A stretch of 56,984 bases of DNA from a virus (taxonomy: Duplodnaviria > Caudoviricetes). The notes below the pieces were generated by a model. That model was given only the letters and a program-made list of their open reading frames with translations, was not told the DNA's origin and made no database searches. Made by a program: the position numbers and the translations under genes. Shown piece by piece: positions 37,832 through 47,336 of this stretch. The DNA is taken from IMG/VR virus record IMGVR_UViG_3300037692_000675, positions 1-56,984 of that record. One strand, 5' to 3'. Within the stretch, counting starts at the first letter, position 1, and each line of letters starts with the position of its first letter.

Positions 37832-38016
37832 TTCCCTGGGCGCCCGGAACCGGCGCCATTGCCGACGCACACCCCGGGGCGGGGTCTCTCCCCTGACCCG
37901 CCCCGGGGGCAGCACCAACCGATCATTCCGAGGGGCGCCCCGGAGGGGCGCTTCTCTCAGGCGGAAGCGGTCGGTAACGACCGCATTTCAACCCCCGACC
38001 GAAAGGATAGGCCGCC

Positions 38017-38205
38017 GTGCCCATCACCTGCGCCTGCGGTTCCTGGGAAGCCCACCCCTCGCCGGGCGAGCGCCGTTGCGAGTGGCTCTGCCGCGAGAAG
38101 AAGTCTGTCCTGGTCGTCCGCGGCCGCCGCACGAAGACCTGCGCCCGCTGCCATTCGACCTTGCGCTCTGACGGTACTGCCACACCGCCCGAGGTGTCGC
38201 CATGA
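38017..38205 (+). CDS. small Zn-finger protein
   Basis: CAC, CEWLC, CARC; AAGGA upstream; ATGA overlap downstream. Confidence 0.45.
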   Translation: MPITCACGSWEAHPSPGERRCEWLCREKKSVLVVRGRRTKTCARCHSTLRSDGTATPPEVSP

Positions 38206-38453
38206 AGAACACCGTCGCCGTCCTGCCGCTCCATCTCGTCGCCGCCTGGCTCACCGACCGCGGCTATCGCGAGTCGTACCGCACCCTGCTGGCGAAGCTG
38301 AGCCGGCCGCTGTGCCCGATCAAGCTGCGCACCTGGTCGCCGGGCCGCGTCAACCGTCCGGTCCCGGCGATCGCCGAGCGCGACCTGGGGCGCCTGGTCG
38401 CGGCTCTCGGTCTCAAGCCGTCCCGCACGTCGCAGCTCGCACTGCCGCTGTAA
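38202..38453 (+). CDS. small DNA-binding-like protein (paralog 1)
   Basis: CPIKLR..PVPAIAERD shared with 38519..38746. Confidence 0.6.
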   Translation: MKNTVAVLPLHLVAAWLTDRGYRESYRTLLAKLSRPLCPIKLRTWSPGRVNRPVPAIAERDLGRLVAALGLKPSRTSQLALPL

Positions 38454-38518
38454 GCCCTGAGCGGCGCTCGCTCGCGAGCGCCAGTCGAAGGGCTATCTTG
38501 AACCCACAGGAGACGGCC

Positions 38519-38746
38519 ATGCCCGCACCCACGCCCGTGCTGACCATCACCCAGGCCGCGAAGAAGTTCGCCGGCGAGACCGGTCTGAAGCTGACCTACC
38601 ACAACCTGTATCGCCGCATGGTGCGCCGTTCTGATTGCCCGGTGAAGCTCCGCTACTGCCCCTCGGCCCGGCTGCGCCAGCCGGTCGCCGCGATCGCCGA
38701 GGCGGACTACCCGGTCCTGCGGGACTGGCTCAAGGACCTCATGTGA
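38519..38746 (+). CDS. small DNA-binding-like protein (paralog 2)
   Basis: AGGAG RBS; LTITQAAK..TYHNLYRR..CPVKLR..PVAAIAEAD. Confidence 0.6.
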   Translation: MPAPTPVLTITQAAKKFAGETGLKLTYHNLYRRMVRRSDCPVKLRYCPSARLRQPVAAIAEADYPVLRDWLKDLM

Positions 38747-39627
38747 TGGCCACGAAGAAGCCCGCACCAAAGAAGAAGGCGACCCCGAAGCCTCCGCCCC
38801 GGAGGGGCGGTTCTCAGAAGGCGGGGGTTTCAACCCCCGCCCGTGCGCCCGTCCGGAGGAGCAAGCTCCCGGCCCCTGTGCCCCGGCCGCTTTCTCACGC
38901 CGAGGTGCTCAAGCGCATCCAGGCGACGACGAAGCACGAGCGCCCCAAGCTCACGCGCCGCGACATCGGCGCCTTTGTGGCCGACTTCCCGCCCGACTTC
39001 TACGACCTGCCCTGCATCAACTCCAACTGCAAGCTATGCAAGGCCGTCACGCCCCACCAGGACCTGCGCCGCGCGGTCAACATGATGCTGCTCGCCGGCC
39101 ATCCGCACCCCGATATCGTCGCCCTGTTGGCCGAGCACGACATCGAGGCCACGCCCCAGAACCTTTCCGGCCATTACCGCAAGCACGTGCTGCCGTACGT
39201 GCTGGACCTGATGCGCCTGAAGGCCCAGACGACGGTCTTTGTGCAGGCGGCCCGCGACCTGGGGCAGGAGGACAGTCTCGCCCAGACGCTGGTCAAGTCG
39301 CTCTTGCTCAAGCTGCAGCCGTGCGTGGAGGCGCTGGACCCGTCCCAGCTCGCCCTCGTGGAGCCGGACAAGCAGATTGCGCTGCTCTTGCAGGCCGCCA
39401 AGTCGCTCTCTTCGGTGCAGAACGCCGAGGCGGGCACGAAGCTGCGCACGCTCGAGCTCGCCCTCAAGCGGGCGAAGCTGTCGGACGCCGAGCGCGAGGC
39501 GATGAAGCGCGCCGCCGGCGAGCTGCGCGCCATCCTCAAGGCCCACCCGCAGGTCTGGCAGGCGGTCGAGCCGATCCTGGCGCCGCTGGCCTCCCTGCCC
39601 GGCCTCCCGGAGGTGCCGGGTGGCTAA
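38746..39627 (+). CDS. Mu gp27/DUF3486-like putative small terminase
   Basis: CKLC..NLSGHYRKH, helical C-terminus; directly upstream of large terminase. Confidence 0.6.
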   Translation: MATKKPAPKKKATPKPPPRRGGSQKAGVSTPARAPVRRSKLPAPVPRPLSHAEVLKRIQATTKHERPKLTRRDIGAFVADFPPDFYDLPCINSNCKLCKAVTPHQDLRRAVNMMLLAGHPHPDIVALLAEHDIEATPQNLSGHYRKHVLPYVLDLMRLKAQTTVFVQAARDLGQEDSLAQTLVKSLLLKLQPCVEALDPSQLALVEPDKQIALLLQAAKSLSSVQNAEAGTKLRTLELALKRAKLSDAEREAMKRAAGELRAILKAHPQVWQAVEPILAPLASLPGLPEVPGG

Positions 39628-41335
39628 GCCGAAGGCGGCAGCGGCGCAAGAGGCTAGCAGGCTGGCCTCAGATATGGTCGGCGCGGCGACGGTCTTCCCG
39701 GCCGACCCGCTGGCCTTCTTTGCCGCCCACATCCGCCCCTCCGGCCGCCCCTGGTCCTTCGCCGGCCACGAGTACCTCCGCGGGATCATGTCCGATCCGG
39801 CGGTCCACCGCGTGATCCAGAAGGGCGCCCAACTCGGCCTCTCCACCCTCTCGATTGGCGAGCTGCTCCGCTGGTGCGCCGCCGGTCGCAAAATCGGCTA
39901 CTACCTGTCGGACCGCGACTTCATGACGGCCTTCGTCCAGGACCGCGTGGACACCATCATCAACGCCGATCCGGATCTCGCCCGCGCCACCCTCGAGGGC
40001 AAGGCTTTCGAGCATGTCGAGACCGCCGACCGCAGCCGCCGCAAGTCCGCCGACAACCTGCGCATCAAGCACCTGGGCCAGGGCTCGATGTGGTTCATGG
40101 GCCTGCAGAAGCGCAAGGACGTCAAGTCGCTGGACCTGGACGCCTATATCCTCGACGAGGTGGATGAGGTGGATCAGGACCTGGCGGTCTGGCTGGGCGA
40201 CCGGCTGCTGCACAGCACCTTCAAGCGCGTGATCGAGCTCTCGCAGCCCTCCGTGCCGGACTGGGGCATTGCCGAGCGCTACGCGGCCTCCGATCAGAAG
40301 GTCTGGCTGCACCGCTGCCCCCGCTGCCGCAGCTGGCATTGTCTCGAGGACGAGTGGCCGGACAACTTCCGCGTCCCTAAGCGGGGCACGGGGCCCGAGC
40401 TTTTGTGCCTCAAGTGCGATGCCCGCCTGATCTCCCCGCGCGTCAAGTGCGAGTGGGTGGCGCGCCGGCCCGACTGCGAGATCTCCGGCTACCGCCTCTC
40501 GCAGCTCTACGGCCCGGCCATGACCGCCCGCGAGCTGCAGCAAAAGTGGGCCGCGTGCGCCCGCTCCCGCAGCAAGCTCGAGAACTTCACCATCTCGATC
40601 CTGGGGCTGCCCTTCCCCGGCGATCGCCAGCCGCTGTCTGAGAGCGTGCTGAAGACCGCCTGCGGCGACTGGCCCCTGGGCGTGCCCGGCTATGTGTCGG
40701 CCCTGGCCGTCCCCCGCGGCGAGACCGGCCCGCTGATCGTCGCCGGCATTGATCAGGGCGACCTCTTGCACCTGCTCATCGGCGTCTACTACCGCGAGCT
40801 GTTGGCCGTCGTCTGGGCCGAGGTCATCGAGGACGACTGGGACCTGCTCGGTAAGCGCCTGGCCGATCACGGGGTGCAGTTCTTCGTCATTGACGCCCTG
40901 CCCAACAAGTCGAACGCGAAGAAGCTGCTGCGGTCGGGGCTGAACGGGGCGATGAGCTACCTCAACGCCACGGCGATGGTGGTCAAGTGGGAGGAGCAGG
41001 ATACGGCGCAGCCCTTGCGGGTGGTGGTAGACGACCGCACCACGGCGATTGACGAGATGGCCGACGAGGTGGCGGCGGGGCTGACCAGGCTGCCGTCGCC
41101 GCGATTGGACGTGACGCAGCTGGTCAAGCGCCACTGCAAGGCGTTGGTGAAAGACTTCGATCCGCAGACCGGCAAGATGACCTACAAGCGCGGGGTCGCG
41201 AATCACTTCGGGATGGCGCTGGCGAGCTTGCGCCAGGCCAAGGAGATCGCGCTGCAGCTCGGGCTGGGCCCACGGGGCCCGCTCAACCTGGAGACGGCTA
41301 CTTTCGGTAGCCCCATCGAACCCCAAATATGGTGA
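39620..41335 (+). CDS. terL: terminase large subunit, GpA-like
   Basis: QKGAQLGLST, ILDEVDE, LSQPS, CPRC/CLKC, GYRLSQL, AGIDQG, NHFG. Confidence 0.9.
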   Translation: MAKPKAAAAQEASRLASDMVGAATVFPADPLAFFAAHIRPSGRPWSFAGHEYLRGIMSDPAVHRVIQKGAQLGLSTLSIGELLRWCAAGRKIGYYLSDRDFMTAFVQDRVDTIINADPDLARATLEGKAFEHVETADRSRRKSADNLRIKHLGQGSMWFMGLQKRKDVKSLDLDAYILDEVDEVDQDLAVWLGDRLLHSTFKRVIELSQPSVPDWGIAERYAASDQKVWLHRCPRCRSWHCLEDEWPDNFRVPKRGTGPELLCLKCDARLISPRVKCEWVARRPDCEISGYRLSQLYGPAMTARELQQKWAACARSRSKLENFTISILGLPFPGDRQPLSESVLKTACGDWPLGVPGYVSALAVPRGETGPLIVAGIDQGDLLHLLIGVYYRELLAVVWAEVIEDDWDLLGKRLADHGVQFFVIDALPNKSNAKKLLRSGLNGAMSYLNATAMVVKWEEQDTAQPLRVVVDDRTTAIDEMADEVAAGLTRLPSPRLDVTQLVKRHCKALVKDFDPQTGKMTYKRGVANHFGMALASLRQAKEIALQLGLGPRGPLNLETATFGSPIEPQIW

Positions 41336-41340
41336 ATGAC

Positions 41341-42132
41341 ATGACTGCTCTTTCGCAGAAAGACCCTGAGCCGCGCTCGCCGACGAGCGCCAGTCGCAGG
41401 GCCCCCTATGGATCCACGCGCCGCTCTTTTGCCTGCACGGGTGGCGTGAGCCCCACCCACTACCGCGAGCGTTCGGCCTACGACGATCGCCCCCGCCGCG
41501 GCCATTTCTTCGGTGCGGGCCTCGGCTGCCTCTGGCTCGCGAACTTCCTGGTGGCGGGCCTGATCCTGGTCACCCTCCACCCCTGGTCCCCGGTGAACGC
41601 CGACGCCGTAAGCCGTGGGAGCGCCGGCATCCTGCCGGCGGCCGTCGCCGCTGACGTGGCCGTGGACGTTGACGTCCCCGCCTGGTCTACCGAAACCGAC
41701 CCCTTCCGCCGCTGCGCCCGCAAGGCCCTGGCCGGCGAGTACGGCGCCCTGAAGCCCTGGCAGCGCACCGCCTACGAGCGCGGCCTGCGCGCGGGCCTGA
41801 CCGCCGCCCGTGGCGCCAAGCGCACGACGTACTGCCCGAGGTGCAGCGGCCGCACGTGCGCGGACGGCAGCCCGGTGCGCCGCGGCGTGGTCTCGGCCAG
41901 CCGCAACGTGCCGATGCACTCGCTCGTGTGGCTGGCGACCGATGGCCTGCTGCTGGTGACGGATCGCGGCGGCTGGGTGAAGGTCGGGGGCCGCTTCACG
42001 CGCGCGGGGGAGAGCGCGAACTTCGATGTCTGGAAGCCCCGGTGCGTGGGTGACTGCTGGCACGGGCCGGGCACGAAGCGCCGCGTCCCGTACGTGATCC
42101 TGCGCGCGGGCGCCCCGGGCGGTGAGAGTTGA
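41341..42132 (+). CDS. membrane-anchored 3D/DPBB-domain peptidoglycan-modifying protein
   Basis: TM segment then TTYC..TCADG..VSAS..VTDRGG..FDVW; start uncertain. Confidence 0.6.
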   Translation: MTALSQKDPEPRSPTSASRRAPYGSTRRSFACTGGVSPTHYRERSAYDDRPRRGHFFGAGLGCLWLANFLVAGLILVTLHPWSPVNADAVSRGSAGILPAAVAADVAVDVDVPAWSTETDPFRRCARKALAGEYGALKPWQRTAYERGLRAGLTAARGAKRTTYCPRCSGRTCADGSPVRRGVVSASRNVPMHSLVWLATDGLLLVTDRGGWVKVGGRFTRAGESANFDVWKPRCVGDCWHGPGTKRRVPYVILRAGAPGGES

Positions 42133-42458
42133 TGACCAATAACACCACCAGCTTCTGCCGCGTCTGTCTTGCGCCCACGAACGTCTCCCCGTGCGACGCC
42201 GCCCGGCCGTACATCTGTCCCGGCTGCCGGGCTCTCGAGGCCGCGATGCTGCCCGCCGACGTGGAGGCCATCAACTCAATGCACTATGAGGAGATGCTCC
42301 GGCTGCACCGCCACACGCCCGCGGCCGAGGGCTACTTTGCCCATCGCGAGACGGGGGAGTACTTCGCCAAGGTGATGAACCGCAAGCGCGCCGAGGCCGG
42401 CCACGCGGCCCACGTCGCCGCCAGCAAGGCCATCGGCTGGCAGGGTGGTGACCGCTGA
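42129..42458 (+). CDS. hypothetical protein
   Basis: CRVC/CPGC then INSMHYEEMLR..TGEYF..SKAIGW; coupled to neighbours. Confidence 0.6.
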   Translation: MMTNNTTSFCRVCLAPTNVSPCDAARPYICPGCRALEAAMLPADVEAINSMHYEEMLRLHRHTPAAEGYFAHRETGEYFAKVMNRKRAEAGHAAHVAASKAIGWQGGDR

Positions 42459-42892
42459 TGCCCGCCTGGACTGTCGTGACGCGCGACGGCACGGCCCGCC
42501 ACGAGGTGCTCGCGCACGAGAGCGGCCTCTTCGGCCACGTGGATCTCAACAAGTCGGGGCTTTCGCCCTCCTGGTCCGTGGCCATCGCTGCCGATCACTA
42601 CCAATGGGGTTCCCCGGAGACGCTGGCGACTGGCAGCGTCTGCCTGGGGCACACAGGGCTGACGCCCAAGCCGCACCGCGAGTACGCGGTGCTCGTCGCT
42701 CGGGCCCTGGCCGAGGGGGCCATCGAGTTTCTGCTGCGCTACACCCATCCGCGCCTGAGCCTCGAGCACGACGCCGGCATGGGTCATGTCCGCACTCCAG
42801 CCGCGGCCGTTGACGTTGACGTTCCCCTCCCCTGTGGGGAGGGGTGCCCGCCGCAGGCGGGCGGGGTAGGCGCCGTGGGCGGTGGGCCATAA
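42458..42892 (+). CDS. hypothetical protein, C-terminus REP-derived
   Basis: TGATG and TAATG couplings. Confidence 0.55.
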   Translation: MPAWTVVTRDGTARHEVLAHESGLFGHVDLNKSGLSPSWSVAIAADHYQWGSPETLATGSVCLGHTGLTPKPHREYAVLVARALAEGAIEFLLRYTHPRLSLEHDAGMGHVRTPAAAVDVDVPLPCGEGCPPQAGGVGAVGGGP

Positions 42893-43197
42893 TGGACCCC
42901 CTCGACCGCGCGGCCGAGGCCGCCATGACCCTGCCGGACGCCGTCGCCGTCGCGCCGGTGGTGACGCGCGAGCTCGACCGGGCGGAGCTGCACTTGCTGG
43001 CCGAGCACCTGGTGGGCACGGACATGAGCATCCCGGACGCCTGCCGGGCCTTGCGGCTGGATGTCCGGATGTTGACACTGGACGATTTGGACCGGTTATC
43101 GGAGCGGATCGTCCACTGCCCGCGCTGCGGCGGTTGGGCGTACGGGGACGAGCTGGTGGACCGGATCTGCCCGGACTGCCGCAACCCGTTCACATAG
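42892..43197 (+). CDS. small Zn-ribbon protein
   Basis: CPRCGGW..CPDC. Confidence 0.6.
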   Translation: MDPLDRAAEAAMTLPDAVAVAPVVTRELDRAELHLLAEHLVGTDMSIPDACRALRLDVRMLTLDDLDRLSERIVHCPRCGGWAYGDELVDRICPDCRNPFT

Positions 43198-43311
43198 CCG
43201 TCGCCGTTGACGTCCCCCTCCCCTGTGGGGAGGGGGTAGGGGGTGGGCAACGATAGGAGCCACCATGTCCGCGCAACAGTCTGGACACAAAGTGGGCGGG
43301 GGGGGGACAGC

Positions 43312-43596
43312 ATGCCCTGCCCGCTGACCTTGCCGCCCAACCTGCGCCGCGCCGACGAGATCATCGTCGCCCAGGCCCAGGCGCTCAACCGCCGGCTGGC
43401 GGACATGGAGCGCGAGGCGGACGGGCATCGGGACGACGAGGCCTGGCAGGCGCGCTGGAAGTCGGGCGTGGCGTCGTTGGCGGCGCTGAACGACCTGCGC
43501 GAGCTCTTGGCGCAGCCGATTGTGCGCCTCATCGGCCACACGCAGCTGCGCCTCCGGGTCGAGCGCGAGAACGCCGCCCGCGCCGCCCTGAACTGA
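43312..43596 (+). CDS. hypothetical protein
   Basis: high-GC3 ORF in early operon. Confidence 0.55.
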   Translation: MPCPLTLPPNLRRADEIIVAQAQALNRRLADMEREADGHRDDEAWQARWKSGVASLAALNDLRELLAQPIVRLIGHTQLRLRVERENAARAALN

Positions 43597-43656
43597 TCCG
43601 TCGCCGTTGCCGTTCCCCCCTCCCCTGTGGGGAGGGGGTAGGGGGTGGGAGCCGTC

Positions 43657-44316
43657 ATGACCTGTCCGCACCATGAAACCCGCGGTGACCCACGCGCCCC
43701 CTGGCACTATTGCCAGTTGCGCGCGAAACAGGTCACCCCGTTGGAGGACTGCACTTTTGCCCGTTGCCGCACCAGTGCCGCGATCGCGGCAAAACTCGCC
43801 CGAAAGGACCGTGAGACCATGGCCGCCGCCGAAAACATCCGCCCAGCCGCACCGCCGAAGAAGAGCCACACCCGATGGGATGCCCCTGCCAACGAGGCCA
43901 ATCCCGACTGGCCGGACACGCGCACCGCCCGCGAGCACGCCCGCATCCTGGTCGAGGCCGGTCGCGCCCCGCAGGCCATCGCCGACGACCTGGGCATCAA
44001 GGTGACCGCCGTCTGGGCCGCCCTGAAGCCCCCGACCGCCACGAAGCAGAAGCCGGCCCGCCAGCCCCGACTCGCCACCGCAGATGTGACGGGGGGGGGA
44101 ACAGGTGCCTCATCTTCGCCGTCCCCGGAGGGGACCCCGAGCGCAGTCGAGGGGCAGCCTGCCGCCGCGCCCTCGGCGGACTGGGTCGTCGCCCGCGAGC
44201 TCGTGGCCGCGGCCGACAAGGACGACCTGGCCGAGTTCTTCGCGGCCTACAACCTCACCGACAGGTTCGAGGCGTTCGCCTTGGGCCTGCGCCGCGGCCG
44301 CCGCACCGCCGCCTGA
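43657..44316 (+). CDS. HTH-containing hypothetical protein with in-frame repeats
   Basis: GRAPQAIADDLGIKVTAVW HTH-like; PEGTPSAVEG from family D repeat. Confidence 0.55.
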   Translation: MTCPHHETRGDPRAPWHYCQLRAKQVTPLEDCTFARCRTSAAIAAKLARKDRETMAAAENIRPAAPPKKSHTRWDAPANEANPDWPDTRTAREHARILVEAGRAPQAIADDLGIKVTAVWAALKPPTATKQKPARQPRLATADVTGGGTGASSSPSPEGTPSAVEGQPAAAPSADWVVARELVAAADKDDLAEFFAAYNLTDRFEAFALGLRRGRRTAA

Positions 44317-44391
44317 GCCTGCCGTCCCCGCAGGGGACCCTGAGCGCAGCCGAAGGGTTGCCGTTCACTAAAATCTGAGCTCTGAACTCTG

Positions 44392-44658
44392 ATGCCCGGC
44401 CTAACACCAACCATCCAGCTCCTCCAGGCGCGCAGCTCGGCGTTGGCCTCGAGTCTCCGCGAGTTGCACCTATTCCCACGCCTGGAGGAGCTGCAGTCTG
44501 ACCTGATCGCCGACAAGGAAGCCGCCCTGGCCTCCCACACCGAGGCCCTCATCATCTTACAGCAGCACCAGGCCGTTGCGCCGTCCGCGTCCCGGAGGGA
44601 CGCTTTTCAGCAGGCGGGGGTTTCAACCCCCGACCAGGTCACCCATGCCCACGGTTGA
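44392..44658 (+). CDS. small coiled-coil protein
   Basis: C-terminus encoded by family C repeat. Confidence 0.4.
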   Translation: MPGLTPTIQLLQARSSALASSLRELHLFPRLEELQSDLIADKEAALASHTEALIILQQHQAVAPSASRRDAFQQAGVSTPDQVTHAHG

Positions 44659-45583
44659 GCAAACCCGCGACAGCGTCCTCGCCGGCATCACCGGCGCCTT
44701 CCCGGCCGCCTACTACCAGCTCGGCAAGGACGACGGCCTGGACCCGGTCGAGTACCCGCTCGCCCAGATCATCGAGCACCTGGATGGGAAGATCTGCCCC
44801 CTCTGCCGGTCGGTCCACGGAAAAATCGTCGCCAAGGGCACGCCGGAATGGGTCCGCTGGCGCCTGCCATCTCATATCAACTGCCGCCGCATCACGGTGG
44901 ACATCCACAAGGATGAAGTGGACAATGAGGGCAATCCCACCCGTCCGGACTTCGTCGAGCCCGAGGCGGACCTGGTGAAGCGCCACGGACACTTCGTGAA
45001 CGACCCGAAGAAGTATGAGGCCCTCCGCGTCCCGGCCCGCCCCACCGGCCGCGACTTCATCGTCCGCCGCCTGGCCGGCCAGTCCACCGAGCTGATCTTC
45101 GCCCGCGCCCTGCCTGAAGGTTTGCTCAAAGCCACCCTGCGCACGATCGGCAACGCCATCATCACTGAGACGATCAACAATGGCCCGGGACAGTACGCCG
45201 CCCAGCACGCCCGCATCCTGCAGCAATGTGCCCGCCAGGGCGCCAACCGGCAATACTGGGACCACTTGCCGCTTGATCTCGACCACCATGCCGACGACTG
45301 GGGGGTCGCCAACTACCTGAGCGAGCGCGAATATCGCTCTGTCCCCGGCGCCGTCCTGGATGGGGCCCACGACACGTCCATCCTCCTGGACCAGTCCACG
45401 GATTACGGGGAAATGCCGCTGGTCTGGTTCCGCGCCGACGGGGTGCGCGTCGGCCGCTTCGAGCTTGACGAGGTGGACGCGCTGTGGGATGTGGACCGTT
45501 CCGCCTTCTACCATGTCGGGCGCCTGCGCCGCGCGGATCTGGCCGGATCTGCTGAGTTCACGCCGTTGACGGGTGATTGGTGA
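44645..45583 (+). CDS. MuF (gp30) C-terminal motif with toxin-like extension
   Basis: LDGKICPLCRSVHG..LPSHINCR; extension with DHHADDWG..EREY. Confidence 0.7.
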   Translation: MPTVEQTRDSVLAGITGAFPAAYYQLGKDDGLDPVEYPLAQIIEHLDGKICPLCRSVHGKIVAKGTPEWVRWRLPSHINCRRITVDIHKDEVDNEGNPTRPDFVEPEADLVKRHGHFVNDPKKYEALRVPARPTGRDFIVRRLAGQSTELIFARALPEGLLKATLRTIGNAIITETINNGPGQYAAQHARILQQCARQGANRQYWDHLPLDLDHHADDWGVANYLSEREYRSVPGAVLDGAHDTSILLDQSTDYGEMPLVWFRADGVRVGRFELDEVDALWDVDRSAFYHVGRLRRADLAGSAEFTPLTGDW

Positions 45584-45879
45584 TGACCAGGGAGCTCGCG
45601 ATCTCCTTCGACAGCTGGTGCCGGTACTCGCTGGACATCGTCCGGCTCGACGATTTGCATTTGCGCGAGGCCATGCACTATCGCAATGACCTCAAGCAGA
45701 CGCTCGCGGACGGCACCGATCTGACGGAGGATGAGCAGGCCGCGGTGGCCGCGGCCGATGCGGCTTTCGCTAGGGAGGCCGCCTACGTCATGCCGCGCCT
45801 GACCCACGGCGGCTGGCTTGAGCGCCAGCCTGCCGACCACTACGCCCACGACTACGCCGCCCGCCATCCGGAGGCATGA
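45583..45879 (+). CDS. putative immunity protein
   Basis: 98-aa acidic ORF coupled (TGATG) to MuF-extension gene. Confidence 0.5.
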   Translation: MTRELAISFDSWCRYSLDIVRLDDLHLREAMHYRNDLKQTLADGTDLTEDEQAAVAAADAAFAREAAYVMPRLTHGGWLERQPADHYAHDYAARHPEA

Positions 45880-46298
45880 TCATGCCCTACTGCACCGCCG
45901 CGCAAGTCGAGGGCCTGATGAAGCCCGCCGCCCTGGGCGAGGGGCTGATGCCCACCCAGGCCGAGGTCGAGGATCTGATCGACCGCAAGGGCGAGCTCAT
46001 TGACGGCTACTGCCGCGATCGCTACGACGTCCCCTTCACCTCGGTCCCCACGATCGTGGAGGACATCTGCCTGGCGCTTTGCGTCGCTGAGCTCGTGCCT
46101 ATCGTCTTCCAAAAGAACGAGGGGCGGCTGCAGGCGGCCGCGGAGAAAGGCCGCTGGGCCCAGGCCCAGCTCGACCGCATCCAGCGCAACAGCCTCTCCT
46201 TGCAGGCCGACGACGAGGCCGACGCCGGCATGGGCGGCCAGGCCCTGGCCTCCGCGCCCGAGACTGACCCCAAATTCACGATTGACCAGGTGTGGTAG
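45876..46298 (+). CDS. Mu gp36-like head-tail adaptor (DUF1320)
   Basis: YCTAAQV..LIDGYCRDRYDVPF..VPTIVEDICLAL..LDRI. Confidence 0.8.
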   Translation: MIMPYCTAAQVEGLMKPAALGEGLMPTQAEVEDLIDRKGELIDGYCRDRYDVPFTSVPTIVEDICLALCVAELVPIVFQKNEGRLQAAAEKGRWAQAQLDRIQRNSLSLQADDEADAGMGGQALASAPETDPKFTIDQVW

Positions 46299-46811
46299 AT
46301 GCCTGACACCTTTCAGTTGCGCTGGGAAATCGCCGGACAAGTCCAACTGTCCCGCACCTTCACGCGCCTGGCCGCCACGCTCACCGACTTCCGCAAGCCG
46401 CTGCGCCGCATGTATAAGGAAGTCATACTGCCCGAGATCAAAGAGCAGTTTGAGGCCGAGGGGGCCCCCGCCTGGCCCGAGCTGTCGCCGGCGTACGCCG
46501 CCCGCAAGGCGCGCCGGCACCCGGGCAAGCCCAAGCTCGTCGTCTCCGGGGCGCTGATGGGATCGCTGACGCAGAAGACCGCCCGCGGCGCCATCTTCAA
46601 TCTGACCAAAGAGCAGCTCGAGGTCGGCACGGACCTCACGACCCCGGACGGCAAATGGAGCCTGGGCCGGATCCACCAGGAGGGCGCCCCGCGCGCCTCC
46701 GTGCCCGCCCGCCCCATGCTGCGCCTGCGCCCCGAGGCCCAGACGCGCGCCGTCGAGATCTTCGCCGCATGGTTCTACGAAGAAGGCCGCCGCCTCGGCG
46801 TCGGCCTGTAG
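46299..46811 (+). CDS. virion morphogenesis protein (Mu gpG-like)
   Basis: FEAEGAPAWPELSPAY..LVVSGALMGSL..IHQEG..PARPML. Confidence 0.85.
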   Translation: MPDTFQLRWEIAGQVQLSRTFTRLAATLTDFRKPLRRMYKEVILPEIKEQFEAEGAPAWPELSPAYAARKARRHPGKPKLVVSGALMGSLTQKTARGAIFNLTKEQLEVGTDLTTPDGKWSLGRIHQEGAPRASVPARPMLRLRPEAQTRAVEIFAAWFYEEGRRLGVGL

Positions 46812-46820
46812 GAGCAATTC

Positions 46821-47336
46821 ATGCCCACCGCGATCGAGACCCGGATCAAAGATGCCGTCGTCGCCCTGTTGCAGGCCTCCCTGTCCGACCTGATTGTCGC
46901 CCAGGGCCAGGACCCGCTCCCGGATAGCGCCTTCTCGCCCGTGCTGGCCTCGGTCGGCATCGTCGGCGACACGATTGCCGTCGGCTACGCCGGCACGGCC
47001 CGCGGCACGCGCGGACGCCGCCCCGACGAGCGCGACGGCCTCATCCTCACCCAGCAAAACCGCGACAACCTGGTGGGGCTCATCGTCAACATCTTCACCT
47101 TTGCGCCCACCGACCAGGAAGCCGAGGCCCGCGCCCTCGCCTGCCAGATGGGCGCCATTGCCCTGCTGGACAATGAAGCGAACCACTACCTCGGCGGGCT
47201 ACTGGACCAGCCGCTCGTCGTGGGCACCTCGGTGGCCGACGCCGGCGAAGACGAAGAGCGCGCGAGCATGTACTGGAACCTGAAAATCCCCCTGTCTTGC
47301 CGCGTCCGCACAGACCGACCGGAGCTGACACCATGA
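46821..47336 (+). CDS. putative tail terminator/neck protein
   Basis: size, beta pattern, position after gpG-like gene; AGGAG RBS. Confidence 0.55.
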   Translation: MPTAIETRIKDAVVALLQASLSDLIVAQGQDPLPDSAFSPVLASVGIVGDTIAVGYAGTARGTRGRRPDERDGLILTQQNRDNLVGLIVNIFTFAPTDQEAEARALACQMGAIALLDNEANHYLGGLLDQPLVVGTSVADAGEDEERASMYWNLKIPLSCRVRTDRPELTP

